Below are positions 32,639-42,788 of a stretch of 64,000 nt of DNA, piece by piece (position 1 is the stretch's first letter; each line of letters begins with the position of its first letter). A model generated the notes under the pieces. The model did not search any database. It saw only the letters and a list, made by a program, of their open reading frames with translations, and was not told the DNA's origin. A program made the translations under genes and the position numbers. Origin of the DNA: Ferroacidibacillus organovorans (GTDB lineage Bacteria > Bacillota > Bacilli > Alicyclobacillales > SLC66); contig NZ_LSUQ01000002.1 of NCBI RefSeq assembly GCF_001642725.1, forward strand, positions 1 to 64,000, read 5' to 3'.

Positions 32639-32745
32639 TCTTCTTACCTCTTGGCGATTGTGATATGATTTCATGATATCACGGTGCAAGGACAAGGCAA
32701 TCTTGACGTTGATGGAAAGCGGATGTTCAAAAAGGAGACGTCGCG

Positions 32746-35055
32746 ATGTCGAGTGACCCCTTCCGGAGAAAATCACATGCAGAAATCATGGAGGAGATGT
32801 CCTTTCTTAAGAAGGGACACCTTAAAATCTACTTAGGCGCGGGTAGTAAAACGGGCAAAACCTACACGATGCTTCATGACGGATACGATCTGCTCGCATC
32901 CGGAATGAATGTGGTACTCTCTGGCGTCAGTGAAGAGCATCCACTTGAGGAATTTGTGAATGAAGCGCCCCTCTCCTCGATCCCGATCATCAAGGCAACA
33001 GCCCATGAGGCATCCGCAGATCTCGACGTTCAGGCGATTCTTGCGCACAAGCCAGATCTCCTGCTTGTTGATGATCTGGCGCACGCAAATCAACCGAGTG
33101 CGCGTTTCCCGACGCGTCTTGATGATGTAACCTTTTTGCTAGAGCATGGCATCCATGTGATGACGACCTTGAATATCTATGACATTGAAGAATTGCGACA
33201 AAACATCAAAAAATTGACAGGCATTGAAGTCAGGCATACGGTGCCGCTGTCCGCAGTGGCAGGCGCACACGAGATCAAACTGATCGATGTCGACCCCGAA
33301 GCGGTCCTCAAACGGCTGGAAAAAGAAAAAAAGGGCGACGCGCGCCTCACACCCGAGTTGAGCCAGGATGCGCTCTCGATTCTGCGAGAGTTTGCGCTGC
33401 GGCTTATCGCGGACGATGTGAATGAACGATTAGAACAGTACCGCAAGACGCACGCCCTGCAAAACGCATCGCCTGCGGCCGAGAAGATTCTCGTCGCACT
33501 CAGCTATAACTCGAATGGCACCCTTCTGATAAGACGCGGCCAGCAACTCGCCAATCGCTTGAATGGTGAACTTCACATCATGACAGTCACCGAAGAAAAG
33601 CAAAAGAAAACGACGGAAGAAATCGCGTTTAAAGACGCGATTCTAAAACTGGCGGATAAAGTGGACGCGACATTCCACGAAGCATTGCGCACACCCGCAG
33701 CGTCGATCTCAAGGATCATTGTGGACTATGCGTTGGCGCACGCGATATCGCGGATCGTCATCGGGCAGTCACGCCGCAGCCGCTTTGAAGAGTGGAGAAA
33801 AGGGTCAATCCTCAATGAACTGCTGGAGCAGGCCAAGCAAATCGATCTGATGGTGATCGCAGATCGCCACTCCACGCACGGTGAGCGGCTCTTGACGTAT
33901 CGTCAACGCAGCAGAAATGCGCACCCCTACGCAGCGATAAAGCAGGGCGATCTCTCGCATGTGCTACAGAAATTGCGACGCGGGCGCTTCAAGATCTATA
34001 TTGGCGCGGCGCCCGGCGTCGGCAAGACGTTCATGATGCTCGAAGAGGCGTACGATCTGAAGCGGCGGCACATCGACGTCGTCGGCGGCCTGATCGAGAC
34101 GCACAAACGTAAAGGAACCGAGGCGCAGATCCGGGATCTTGATGTGCTGCCTAGAAAGTCACTTGATTACCGTGGAACGATGTTTGAAGAAATGGATCTG
34201 GAGGGAATCCTGCGGCGGAATCCAGAAGTCGTCCTGATCGATGAACTCGCGCACACGAATATCGTGGGGAGCAAACACCAGAAGCGCTACGAGGATGTGG
34301 AAGAGATTCTCGAAGCGGGAATTTCAGTCATATCGACGGTCAACGTGCAACACCTGGAGAGCTTGCGCGACACCATTTTTCAGATTACGGGTGTCAGGGT
34401 CCGCGAGACAATCCCTGACTTCATTTTGCGCATGGCCGATGAGGTGGTGCTGATCGACGTTCCACCCGAGACCTTACAGCAGCGGATGCGGGAAGGGAAA
34501 ATTTATACGCTCGACAAGGCGGAACAGGCGCTCGCAAACTTTTTTCGGCAAGGCAACCTGATTGCACTGCGTGAACTGGCGCTGCGCGAAGTGGCCGATC
34601 ACATTGACGATCGGCTCGAAGCGCACGACGATCGAAGCGCACTGCGCGGGCCGTGGCGCAGGATGGAAGTCGTCTATGTGTGTGTCAATGCGTCGCATAA
34701 AGCGGAGTTTCTCATTCGCCGCGGATTTCGCACCGCGCACCGTATGAAGGCGACCATGTTTGTGAGTTTCGTCCAAGTGGGAACTACGCATAGCGATGAG
34801 GAACGATCCTGCTTGGAGAGTCTGCGCGCACTGACGGAACGTCTCGGGGGAACGTTCATCCTTTTGCACGCGCAAACCGCGCGGGAGATTCCGCTGACAC
34901 TCGTCAATGACATGGAGGAGAAACTCGCCACGCAAGTGGTGCTTGGCCACTCGTCGCGCTCGCGCATGGAGATCAAGCGGCGTGGCAACACCCTGCGCAC
35001 GCTGCTTCGCTCGATTCGAAGTGTCGACGTGGTTGTACTCGCACTCGCGCCGTGA
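32746..35055 (+). CDS. kdpD: Soluble tandem (KdpD-N + Usp) x2 protein, sensor half of split KdpD
   Basis: Two repeats beginning GHLKIYLGAGSKTGKT and GRFKIYIGAAPGVGKT, each with D.LAH.N and LRE.ALR and a Usp-like domain; no TM or kinase domain. Confidence 0.88.
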   Translation: MSSDPFRRKSHAEIMEEMSFLKKGHLKIYLGAGSKTGKTYTMLHDGYDLLASGMNVVLSGVSEEHPLEEFVNEAPLSSIPIIKATAHEASADLDVQAILAHKPDLLLVDDLAHANQPSARFPTRLDDVTFLLEHGIHVMTTLNIYDIEELRQNIKKLTGIEVRHTVPLSAVAGAHEIKLIDVDPEAVLKRLEKEKKGDARLTPELSQDALSILREFALRLIADDVNERLEQYRKTHALQNASPAAEKILVALSYNSNGTLLIRRGQQLANRLNGELHIMTVTEEKQKKTTEEIAFKDAILKLADKVDATFHEALRTPAASISRIIVDYALAHAISRIVIGQSRRSRFEEWRKGSILNELLEQAKQIDLMVIADRHSTHGERLLTYRQRSRNAHPYAAIKQGDLSHVLQKLRRGRFKIYIGAAPGVGKTFMMLEEAYDLKRRHIDVVGGLIETHKRKGTEAQIRDLDVLPRKSLDYRGTMFEEMDLEGILRRNPEVVLIDELAHTNIVGSKHQKRYEDVEEILEAGISVISTVNVQHLESLRDTIFQITGVRVRETIPDFILRMADEVVLIDVPPETLQQRMREGKIYTLDKAEQALANFFRQGNLIALRELALREVADHIDDRLEAHDDRSALRGPWRRMEVVYVCVNASHKAEFLIRRGFRTAHRMKATMFVSFVQVGTTHSDEERSCLESLRALTERLGGTFILLHAQTAREIPLTLVNDMEEKLATQVVLGHSSRSRMEIKRRGNTLRTLLRSIRSVDVVVLALAP

Positions 35056-35087
35056 GTCTGCGCGCCAACAGGCGACCGCGATCCGGC

Positions 35088-35699
35088 TCACGCGCGAAAC
35101 AGCGCGGGTAACATGGGGATTACCTCCATGAGAATGACTGGAGGTAGCGCACGCCATTTAGACACCCCGTTGAATACACTTACTGCAACGGTAAAAACAT
35201 ACACCTGCCAGATCGAAAATACCCCAATGCTGCTAAGTAAGGTCGACCATTTAGAATTACTTGATACAAACATGCCAAGCGTCAAAAAGTGAAGTTGATT
35301 ACCGCTACTAAAAAACTCCACCAGTAAGATGATGACAAAATTCAAAAATGAGATCAGCGATGCGTGAATCACGATCCTCATACATTGCTTATAGGTGAGT
35401 GAAAGGCGAAACATTTTCAAACTGAGCCACATCCAAAACCCCTGGACGATGATGTAAATTGTGAAAATCAACAAACTAACGATTGGTCCAACTAGAAAAG
35501 TAAACAGTCCCAAGACACTTTTAAGGTTGGCCGCACCAAATCGATTGCCTCCAAAATAAATCAAAAAGGAAATCATCAAGGCATACCCAATCCATTGAAT
35601 GACAAACGTTCTTCGCCACGCCGGATGCTCTCTCAGAGACGTGAAATACTGCCCGGGATGGCGCAAAAATTGAAAATAGTCATGCCATGCTTCGCTCAA
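35088..35699 (-). CDS. Yip1-family membrane protein
   Basis: LRHPGQYF.SL.E.P N-terminal pattern, 5 TMs, visibly AT-richer than neighbours. Confidence 0.7.
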   Translation of the reverse strand: MSEAWHDYFQFLRHPGQYFTSLREHPAWRRTFVIQWIGYALMISFLIYFGGNRFGAANLKSVLGLFTFLVGPIVSLLIFTIYIIVQGFWMWLSLKMFRLSLTYKQCMRIVIHASLISFLNFVIILLVEFFSSGNQLHFLTLGMFVSSNSKWSTLLSSIGVFSIWQVYVFTVAVSVFNGVSKWRALPPVILMEVIPMLPALFRA

Positions 35700-35792
35700 A
35701 TCGATCTGTTCCTTTCTGGATGCGCAACGTATGGTTCTGTTTCCTGTTGTACCATGCGCCGTAACGATCCTTTCTAGTCATCTTTGACTTGT

Positions 35793-35835
35793 AAAAAAAG
35801 CCCGCGTATCAAGCATGATGCTCGACACGCGGGCT
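35793..35835 (-). terminator. Terminator after VIT1 gene
   Basis: AGCCCGCGT...ACGCGGGCT stem followed by T tract on minus strand. Confidence 0.72.
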
Positions 35836-35885
35836 GAAGCTTTGCGGGTTGAATTTTTATAAAAGATGTTTAAAACTGTGCGGTA

Positions 35886-37034
35886 TCACCCGTGAATGAG
35901 CAACGAACCTAGAAGTCCAATTCCATATGAAACGATACCGACAATGACGCCGGCTGCCGTCATTTCAAGCCCACTCGTCCACCAGCGGCGAACAGTAATC
36001 AAGCTCTTTGCCGCGCCCACGGCAAAGTGCGCAACGATGCTCACAATCGCAGCGAGCACAATCGCTGTGACGCCACCCGTAAAGAAAAACGGAATAAGTG
36101 GAAGAATCCCGCCCACAAATGTTGAAAGACTGCCAATGCCGGCAGACGTCCACGGATTGCCGCCTTCATCCGTGATGCCAAGCTCCTCTTGGCTCATCGC
36201 CTTTAGAAACTGCTCGGGATCCTTTGACAAGCGTTCCGTAATCTCTACCGCCTCATTCTCTGTAAAACCTTTCAATTGATACAAAAGGCGCAACTCTTCC
36301 TTTTCAAGCTCCGGGTTCTCCCTGATCTCTTTGCGCTCGAAATGCAGCTCACTATGCGCCAATTCGTTCTTTGAGCGCGTCGAGAGCCACGCCCCTACCC
36401 CCATCGACAAGGTGCTTGCAATCGCGCCAAACAAACCGCTGACGAGCACCGTATGTCCGTTTGCCGTGTATCCGGCAACCCCTGAAATGATCCCAAAGAT
36501 CGCGCCAAGGCCGTCGTTCACACCATAGATCGCGTCGCCGACCCACCCTCCAGCCGACTGTTTGTGCCAGCGCTCAGCCCCCCACAAACTGCTCAAACGC
36601 TCGCCAATATGCGCTGTTGGCGCCGCAAACAGTCCGCGAACACTGCTGTCGTGGTTCGATTCATCCTCATCGATCTGGTCGATGATTTGCAGAATCTCAG
36701 GATCCTCAAACACATGCTTTAAAGATTCATACCACGCCGCGTTGCTGTGCTCGAGTGCATCCAGTCGCTTTAGCAACTGCTCACTTGAAGCGTGTTCCAC
36801 TGGCGGCGCTTGATACGCTGACGCGGGCGCCTGCTCTCCAATTTCCTTCAACTTTCGCGCCCACATCTCTGCGTGCGTCTGCTCAATCTTCGAAAGCTGC
36901 AAAAGGATGGACTTGCGACCCGAATCCTTTTCAAGCGCTGCGGCCTGCGCGTAGAGACGCGTCGCATCCATCTCGCGTCGCCAACTCTCGAGCAACGTCT
37001 TTTTAACCATCCGGTCCTGCATTCCAAGACTCAA
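35886..37034 (-). CDS. Rubrerythrin/ferritin-like domain fused to VIT1/CCC1 metal transporter
   Basis: N-terminal E..A..LY, EQTH, ESNH; C-terminal DAIYGVNDGL, SMGVG, EEL, LPLIPF. Confidence 0.9.
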   Translation of the reverse strand: MSLGMQDRMVKKTLLESWRREMDATRLYAQAAALEKDSGRKSILLQLSKIEQTHAEMWARKLKEIGEQAPASAYQAPPVEHASSEQLLKRLDALEHSNAAWYESLKHVFEDPEILQIIDQIDEDESNHDSSVRGLFAAPTAHIGERLSSLWGAERWHKQSAGGWVGDAIYGVNDGLGAIFGIISGVAGYTANGHTVLVSGLFGAIASTLSMGVGAWLSTRSKNELAHSELHFERKEIRENPELEKEELRLLYQLKGFTENEAVEITERLSKDPEQFLKAMSQEELGITDEGGNPWTSAGIGSLSTFVGGILPLIPFFFTGGVTAIVLAAIVSIVAHFAVGAAKSLITVRRWWTSGLEMTAAGVIVGIVSYGIGLLGSLLIHG

Positions 37035-37090
37035 GAAGCGCTTCCTCCACTTTCATTTTTTCATTGCAACATCAATCAAGTTCCATGAGA

Positions 37091-38170
37091 TCATGACGTC
37101 TTTCGAGCAACAGCAAGGCATCGCTCCACATCATACTGCAACGTGATCTGACTGCCTGTCGCCCACTCCACAGGCGACCAGCACTCCAGCATCTGACCTG
37201 ACCCATCTGTCGCGAGTTCTAGACGATACTGCCACTGTGCGCCGTGGTAGGCGCGCTGGCGAACGATCACTGGCAACCCGCGCGCCTCATCGCAATCCGT
37301 CATTACCATATCCTGCGGGCGGATGACAAGCGTCACCTCATCGCCAAGATCCTGCTCTTCCGTCCCTTCCATCGTTACCCCGTGACAGGAAATCGCCACG
37401 CGCCCTGCCGTCCGTCGAATCACTCGTCCTGACAACAAATTCGCCGCGCCAAGAAATGTCGCGGTAAACGCCGTGTGCGGCCGCTTATACATTGGCTCCG
37501 GCGCCCCTTGTTGCTCCACAACACCATTATGCATGAGTACGATATGATCGGCCATACTCAACGCCTCTGTTTGGTCGTGTGTAACATAAATGGTGGTGAT
37601 CTGCGCCTCTTGCGTGATCCGCCGAAGCTCCCAGCGCATCTGTTCGCGCAGTCCCGCATCAAGCGAACTGAGCGGCTCATCCATCAGCATGAGCGCCGGA
37701 CCAGGAGCAAGTGCGCGGGCGATGGCCACGCGCTGTTTTTGACCACCTGACAGCTGATGCGGAAACAGTTTCTCATACCCCGGAAGCGCCACTTGCTCGA
37801 GCACTTCTTCGACACGCTTTACAATCGCCGCCTTGTTCATCTTGCGAACGCGTAACCCGAAAGCGATGTTATCAAACACCGTCAAATGTGGCCAGAGCGC
37901 AAAATCCTGAAACACCATTCCAATCTTGCGCTCTTCAGGCGGCAGCGTGAAACTCGCGCTTGACACCACGTTACCGCCGATTGAAATCTGGCCTTCCTCA
38001 ATCGGAACGAGTCCTGCGATCGCGCTGAGCATGGTCGTTTTCCCGCATCCTGACGGTCCGAGCAATGCGACAAACTGTCCCTCCTCAATCTCAAGCGACA
38101 CCCGTGAAAGCACGTTTCGCGCGCCGTACTTCTTCACAACATCGTTTAATACAACGTGAGTATTTGCCAT
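37091..38170 (-). CDS. ABC transporter ATP-binding protein (FbpC/AfuC/PotA class)
   Basis: GPSGCGKT, LSGGQ, DEP, VTHDQ, C-terminal TOBE. Confidence 0.94.
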   Translation of the reverse strand: MANTHVVLNDVVKKYGARNVLSRVSLEIEEGQFVALLGPSGCGKTTMLSAIAGLVPIEEGQISIGGNVVSSASFTLPPEERKIGMVFQDFALWPHLTVFDNIAFGLRVRKMNKAAIVKRVEEVLEQVALPGYEKLFPHQLSGGQKQRVAIARALAPGPALMLMDEPLSSLDAGLREQMRWELRRITQEAQITTIYVTHDQTEALSMADHIVLMHNGVVEQQGAPEPMYKRPHTAFTATFLGAANLLSGRVIRRTAGRVAISCHGVTMEGTEEQDLGDEVTLVIRPQDMVMTDCDEARGLPVIVRQRAYHGAQWQYRLELATDGSGQMLECWSPVEWATGSQITLQYDVERCLAVARKTS

Positions 38171-39949
38171 TTAAGAACCCTCCACACGCATCGACGAGAC
38201 ACGTTTTTCAACCCGCAAGGCCACGCGCCATGTTCTGATTCGCCACGCGCGGATTCTCACGATCAGTTGGCCAAGTCCATACACGGCGATCAAAATCGTC
38301 ATGCCAAGCAGTGTGAGCGCCGACCCCTGTGACCATAGAAACGCGTTAAACTTTGCGGCGATCAAGACGGGAAACGGCGGCTGACCGGGCGGATAGAGCA
38401 AGGAGGATGCGGGCAGTTCAAAAAAGGTCCCGATGAACGCCAACAACCACGTCGAGAGCACCGTTCCCCGAATGAGTGGAAAAACGATGACGCGAAGCAG
38501 GCGCAGACGTTTTGCACCCAACACCTGCGCGGCGCGCAGAAGGTTGACCGAAACTTGACTGAGCGCGCCCATCTGCAGGCGTATCGAGTACGGCAGCGAC
38601 CCCGCGATATAGGCAAGCGAGAGGCACACTGGCGTTCCGTAGAGTACGAGATGCAGCGGGATCAACCACACGCCATTCCACGCGAGCACAAAACCCGCCG
38701 CCATGACGACGCCTGGAACTGCGATCGAACCAATGATGATGATACTGAGAACGCGATTCAGCGCAGTTTTTACGAATGACATTTGAAAAGAAATCAAAAG
38801 CCCCAATCCAGCAGCGGCGAAACCGCTGATGAGCGCATATGCGACCGAGTTTCCGAGCGCCGCCATCCCACCGCCCGTGATGAGCGCGTGGTTAAAATGT
38901 TGGAATGTCCAGTTGTTGCTCGCAATCCCACTCGTCATGTTTTTCCAGAGCGCGGCACAGAGCGTCGCGCCCATCGGCAAGATCAAGGAACCAAGAGCGA
39001 TCCCATATGCGAGAACGACCCACAGCTTGCCGCCGGCCATGCGAACGCTTGGCCGCTGCGAGGTTGAGATGGTGGCGAATCCTCGCCTTGACAAGATAAA
39101 AAACTGAAGCCACAGCGCCATGCCTGTGACGACAAGCAGCACGAGAGACAAGACAGCAGCGGCTGAAAAATTGACGGGCGCCTGACTGAGTGCCGCATAG
39201 ATCTGATACGAGAGAAGGGGAATCTGCATCTGCGGCGTGATCGCGGCGGCAAACCCAAAATCGCCGAAGCCTTCTGCGAAGGCGATCGAAGTCCCTGCCA
39301 GAAGCGCCGGAAGCAACAGGGGAAGAATCACGCTGCGCAACACGCGAGCAGGTTTCCCGCCGCTAAGCCGCGCTGCATCGACCAATTCGCCGCCGATGTT
39401 TGCAATCGCCTGCTCCACTGCAAAGTGAACAAATGGAAAATAGCGAAAGCCCATGACGACCACCAGTCCAGTCGGCGAAAAGAACCAGCCGGAAAAACCG
39501 TTTGGCATGTGAAAGAGTTGCGCCAGAATCCCGTTATCTTGCATCAGGATGACCCACCCCTGAGCGATGATGTACGATGGCGCAAAAAAGACGACCCAAA
39601 TGCAGACGCGAAGGATCGTTCGCGCGATGCCCCTTGTACGCGCTAATCCGATGGCTGTTATCACGCCCAAGATGCTGGCAAGGAGCGCAGAGAGAACGCC
39701 AAACAACAGGCTGTTCACAATCGCGCTCGCGTTTCCTGGGTCGGAAAAGGTACCAGAGAATGCGCTCAGTGAGAAGCGAAAGGAAGGCGTCATGTCAAAC
39801 GCGTGGGGGAACGCTACCAGTAGCAGTAGCGTCCCCATGGGATAGATCATCAAAATGAAGAGGATGAGAAGACTTGGCGTCGCCCCGACGGCGCGCAGGC
39901 GGCGCGCAATTCTCTCATAGCGCGCGCGATTATTGGACAATGTTGTCAT
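38171..39949 (-). CDS. ABC transporter fused double permease (FbpB/AfuB class)
   Basis: Two EAA-like loops (DAARLSGG, RAAQVLGA), about 12 TMs. Confidence 0.9.
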   Translation of the reverse strand: MTTLSNNRARYERIARRLRAVGATPSLLILFILMIYPMGTLLLLVAFPHAFDMTPSFRFSLSAFSGTFSDPGNASAIVNSLLFGVLSALLASILGVITAIGLARTRGIARTILRVCIWVVFFAPSYIIAQGWVILMQDNGILAQLFHMPNGFSGWFFSPTGLVVVMGFRYFPFVHFAVEQAIANIGGELVDAARLSGGKPARVLRSVILPLLLPALLAGTSIAFAEGFGDFGFAAAITPQMQIPLLSYQIYAALSQAPVNFSAAAVLSLVLLVVTGMALWLQFFILSRRGFATISTSQRPSVRMAGGKLWVVLAYGIALGSLILPMGATLCAALWKNMTSGIASNNWTFQHFNHALITGGGMAALGNSVAYALISGFAAAGLGLLISFQMSFVKTALNRVLSIIIIGSIAVPGVVMAAGFVLAWNGVWLIPLHLVLYGTPVCLSLAYIAGSLPYSIRLQMGALSQVSVNLLRAAQVLGAKRLRLLRVIVFPLIRGTVLSTWLLAFIGTFFELPASSLLYPPGQPPFPVLIAAKFNAFLWSQGSALTLLGMTILIAVYGLGQLIVRIRAWRIRTWRVALRVEKRVSSMRVEGS

Positions 39950-41024
39950 GGAACCATGTCTTGATCTGATTTTCAGTCGCGGCAGCGCGCACCGGGTTTA
40001 CGCGAACCCAGTGAATGCCTGCCTGTTGCCGCTGCGGATCGGGCTTCAATCCCTTGATGATCGGATTAAAATACGAATCGCCGCCGCCGTTGGCTGGATT
40101 CAACATGATCTTTTGCCCCTGTGGTGAGAGGACAAACTGGACAAACGCTTTGGCGGCCGCCATATCCGGCGCGTTTTTGTCAATCGCCATCACGCCTGGC
40201 AGCATCGCAACGCCAGTCGATGGATACACGATGCGGATCGGTTCACCAGACGCTTTTGCTTTCGTCAGTGCGGAGTCTTGAATCATGATCACCTTGACTT
40301 GGCCAGTCAAAAGGGCATTGAGCGTCACGCCGTTTGTCGGGAAAACCTTCAGTCCATTTGCTTTGAGCGCTTTAAAGTAAGCTTCTCCACCTTTGACGCC
40401 GCGCTGCTGCATGATGCCTGCGACGAATGGATAGGTCGGACCAGAAATGCTTGGATCATTCATCGCCACTTGACCTTTGAAACGCGGTGAGAGCAAATCA
40501 TTCCACGAGGTAGGCGCCTGTTTTGGCGAGAGATATTTTGTGTTATAGGCGATCGCCGCCGCCGCAGTTACGGATGCCGGAAAATAGGCGTGATCCTTCG
40601 GGAGCAAGGAGTGCCCGAGCGGCGTATAGTTTGACATATCGGATGGAGTAAAACCTTTTAGGAGCATGCCTTGGTTGGCGAGGGATTGCATGGTGGAGTC
40701 GCCGTCAAACCATGCGATGTCCCAGTGCGGATTGGTGCGCTCTGCCTCCATGCGGGCTACGATGTTTCCTGTCGAGTCATCCACGAGGTTCACTTGAATG
40801 CCCGTCTTCTTTTGAAACGCCGCCGCCATCGCCGCATCGTAGCCTTGCGCTGAGTACAGCACCAGATGACCCTTGGCTGCGGAAGCGCGCTTGGCGCTCG
40901 ACGCGTGCGGTTGTTGTGCGTTTGCAGGCACGCTTGTCGTAGATGCGTGGAGTGCAAAAGGAACAATCACAAGCGTTGCGAGTACGCCTGCTCCAAGCGT
41001 TATCCCCGTACGTGTTTTCAACAT
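39930..41024 (-). CDS. ABC substrate-binding protein (AfuA/PhnS/FbpA fold)
   Basis: LVLYS, FQKKTGI.V, STG, P.SWNDLL, DPSISG, YPSTG, FVLSPQGQ. Confidence 0.88.
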   Translation of the reverse strand: MLKTRTGITLGAGVLATLVIVPFALHASTTSVPANAQQPHASSAKRASAAKGHLVLYSAQGYDAAMAAAFQKKTGIQVNLVDDSTGNIVARMEAERTNPHWDIAWFDGDSTMQSLANQGMLLKGFTPSDMSNYTPLGHSLLPKDHAYFPASVTAAAAIAYNTKYLSPKQAPTSWNDLLSPRFKGQVAMNDPSISGPTYPFVAGIMQQRGVKGGEAYFKALKANGLKVFPTNGVTLNALLTGQVKVIMIQDSALTKAKASGEPIRIVYPSTGVAMLPGVMAIDKNAPDMAAAKAFVQFVLSPQGQKIMLNPANGGGDSYFNPIIKGLKPDPQRQQAGIHWVRVNPVRAAATENQIKTWFHDNIVQ

Positions 41025-41174
41025 AAATCCCCCTCGTGTCTGATTCGTGATTGCGTTCTATCATTCTCTTAACCTTCACGCGTCTAAGCATACGGTCGCT
41101 TTGTAAACCTAACGTGTGGGGAGTATCTACATCAGGTAAATATTCGGTATAGAATGCCTTGGCAGATCGTTACA

Positions 41175-41191
41175 TTTACAAAACCTTTACA
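41175..41191 (+). promoter_or_regulatory. Pho-box-like direct repeat
   Basis: TTTACA-N5-TTTACA, matching the Bacillus PhoP TTHACA 11-bp repeat, upstream of the phosphate symporter. Confidence 0.6.
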
Positions 41192-41305
41192 CATTGATTA
41201 TCCTTTCTTCACGAAAGAGCGATAAACTTACGTTGTATTCATCAAGTGCGGTTGAAGACACAGCCGCGTGCTATAAAACCTATTTTTTAAAGGAGCGTAC
41301 ATTCA

Positions 41306-42703
41306 GTGGCAACAAACTCAGGGGTCTTACATGCGTTCGATGAGAGTGGGCTGCAAAAATTCCACTGGAAAACCATGTTTACCACGGGAATGGGTTTCTT
41401 TACAGATGCATACGATCTCTTTATTATCGGTACCGTAACTGCAATCCTTACTCCTCTATGGCATTTGAGCACGACCGAATTGGCCATTCTAAACAGCACA
41501 TCCTTAGCGGCGGCGGCACTCGGCGCACTTTTTTTTGGCAAACTGATGGATGTCCTTGGCCGCAAAGCCATGTATGGCATCGAAGTGATCCTCTTGACGC
41601 TCGGTGCTGTATTATCCGCGTTCGCGCCTTCCTTTGGCTGGCTCGTCCTCTTTCGCTTCCTTGTAGGTCTTGGCGTAGGCGGTGACTATCCTACCAGTTC
41701 TGTCATTATGAGTGAATACTCCAATCGCAAAAATCGCGGTTTACTTGTCACCATGGTGTTCTCGATGCAAGGCCTCGGCCTTTTGGCAGGTCCATTGATC
41801 GCGTCCATTCTCCTCTCGACAGGAATGTCTCACGCAATCGCATGGCGCGTCATGCTTGGCCTCGGCGCCATCCCTGCCGCTTCTGTCATTTATCTGCGCA
41901 GAAAATTGTCCGAAACACCGCGCTATCTCGTTTCTGTAAAACAGGATCAAGCCAAAGCGGCAGAGATCGTGAGTGGACTGACTGGCGCGACGGTTTCGGC
42001 TGTAGAAAGCACGCCGCAAGCAACGCAAAAGCCTACCTTCTTAACGCGTAAAAATATTGTCCGCCTCATCGGAACAGCGGGTAGCTGGTTTCTGATCGAC
42101 GTGGCATTCTATGGCAATGGCGTTTCTTCGCAGCTTATCTTAAAGGCTCTGTTACCAAATGCATCACTTGTCACGACCACGCTCGTGGCCGCCGCAATCT
42201 TCCTGGTCGCCGCGGTTCCCGGATACTTTGTCGCCGCAAAATACATGGATCGCATCGGTCGCAAAGTGATTCAAAGCGTTGGCTTTGGCGTTATGGCGCT
42301 CGCATACCTCTCTTTGTTCCTGGTGCCCGCCATCGCAAAGCTTCCCATTCTGTTTTTAATCATCTATGGTGTCAGCTACTTCTTCATTGAATTTGGCCCG
42401 AACACAACGACCTTCTTAGTCCCATCCGAAGTCTTCCCGACCCGCTTGCGCGGCACGGGCCACGGCATGTCCGCCGCAGGCGGAAAGATCGGCGCCTTCC
42501 TTGGCGCCTTCGTGCTCCCAGGCATTCTAAAATCAGCAGGTCTTAGCAGCACCATGGGACTTCTGGCTGGCGTGTCAGCACTCGGTATTCTACTCACCTT
42601 GATCACACTGCCAGAAATGAAGCAACGCTCCCTGGAAGAAAACGAGTTACCGATCGCCCAACAGCCTTCTGCAGCAAAAAGCCTGTCTGTAACCTACTCT
42701 TAA
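41306..42703 (+). CDS. MFS phosphate:H+ symporter family protein (Pho84-like)
   Basis: GMGFFTDAYDLF, GGDYP.S, FSMQG, WFL.DVAFYG, FGPNTTTF..PSE.FPT. Confidence 0.85.
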   Translation: MATNSGVLHAFDESGLQKFHWKTMFTTGMGFFTDAYDLFIIGTVTAILTPLWHLSTTELAILNSTSLAAAALGALFFGKLMDVLGRKAMYGIEVILLTLGAVLSAFAPSFGWLVLFRFLVGLGVGGDYPTSSVIMSEYSNRKNRGLLVTMVFSMQGLGLLAGPLIASILLSTGMSHAIAWRVMLGLGAIPAASVIYLRRKLSETPRYLVSVKQDQAKAAEIVSGLTGATVSAVESTPQATQKPTFLTRKNIVRLIGTAGSWFLIDVAFYGNGVSSQLILKALLPNASLVTTTLVAAAIFLVAAVPGYFVAAKYMDRIGRKVIQSVGFGVMALAYLSLFLVPAIAKLPILFLIIYGVSYFFIEFGPNTTTFLVPSEVFPTRLRGTGHGMSAAGGKIGAFLGAFVLPGILKSAGLSSTMGLLAGVSALGILLTLITLPEMKQRSLEENELPIAQQPSAAKSLSVTYS

Positions 42704-42707
42704 TACG

Positions 42708-42766
42708 ACACAAAAAACACCTGACGTTTTGCTCGAGCGACGAGCGACGTCAGGTGTTTTTTGTGT
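42708..42766. terminator. Bidirectional terminator between convergent MFS and hutP
   Basis: 20-bp perfect arms ACACAAAAAACACCTGACGT/ACGTCAGGTGTTTTTTGTGT. Confidence 0.8.
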
Positions 42767-42788
42767 TCACGCTCCATAACAGAACAGA

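Noticed and set aside
32639..32776. Apparent head-to-head overlap of kinase and KdpD-N genes
   Set aside because: Kinase more plausibly starts at ATG 32638 with an RBS, leaving a normal divergent spacer
39930..41024. Calling the SBP a ferric-binding FbpA
   Set aside because: No tandem Tyr iron ligands seen and the context points to phosphorus
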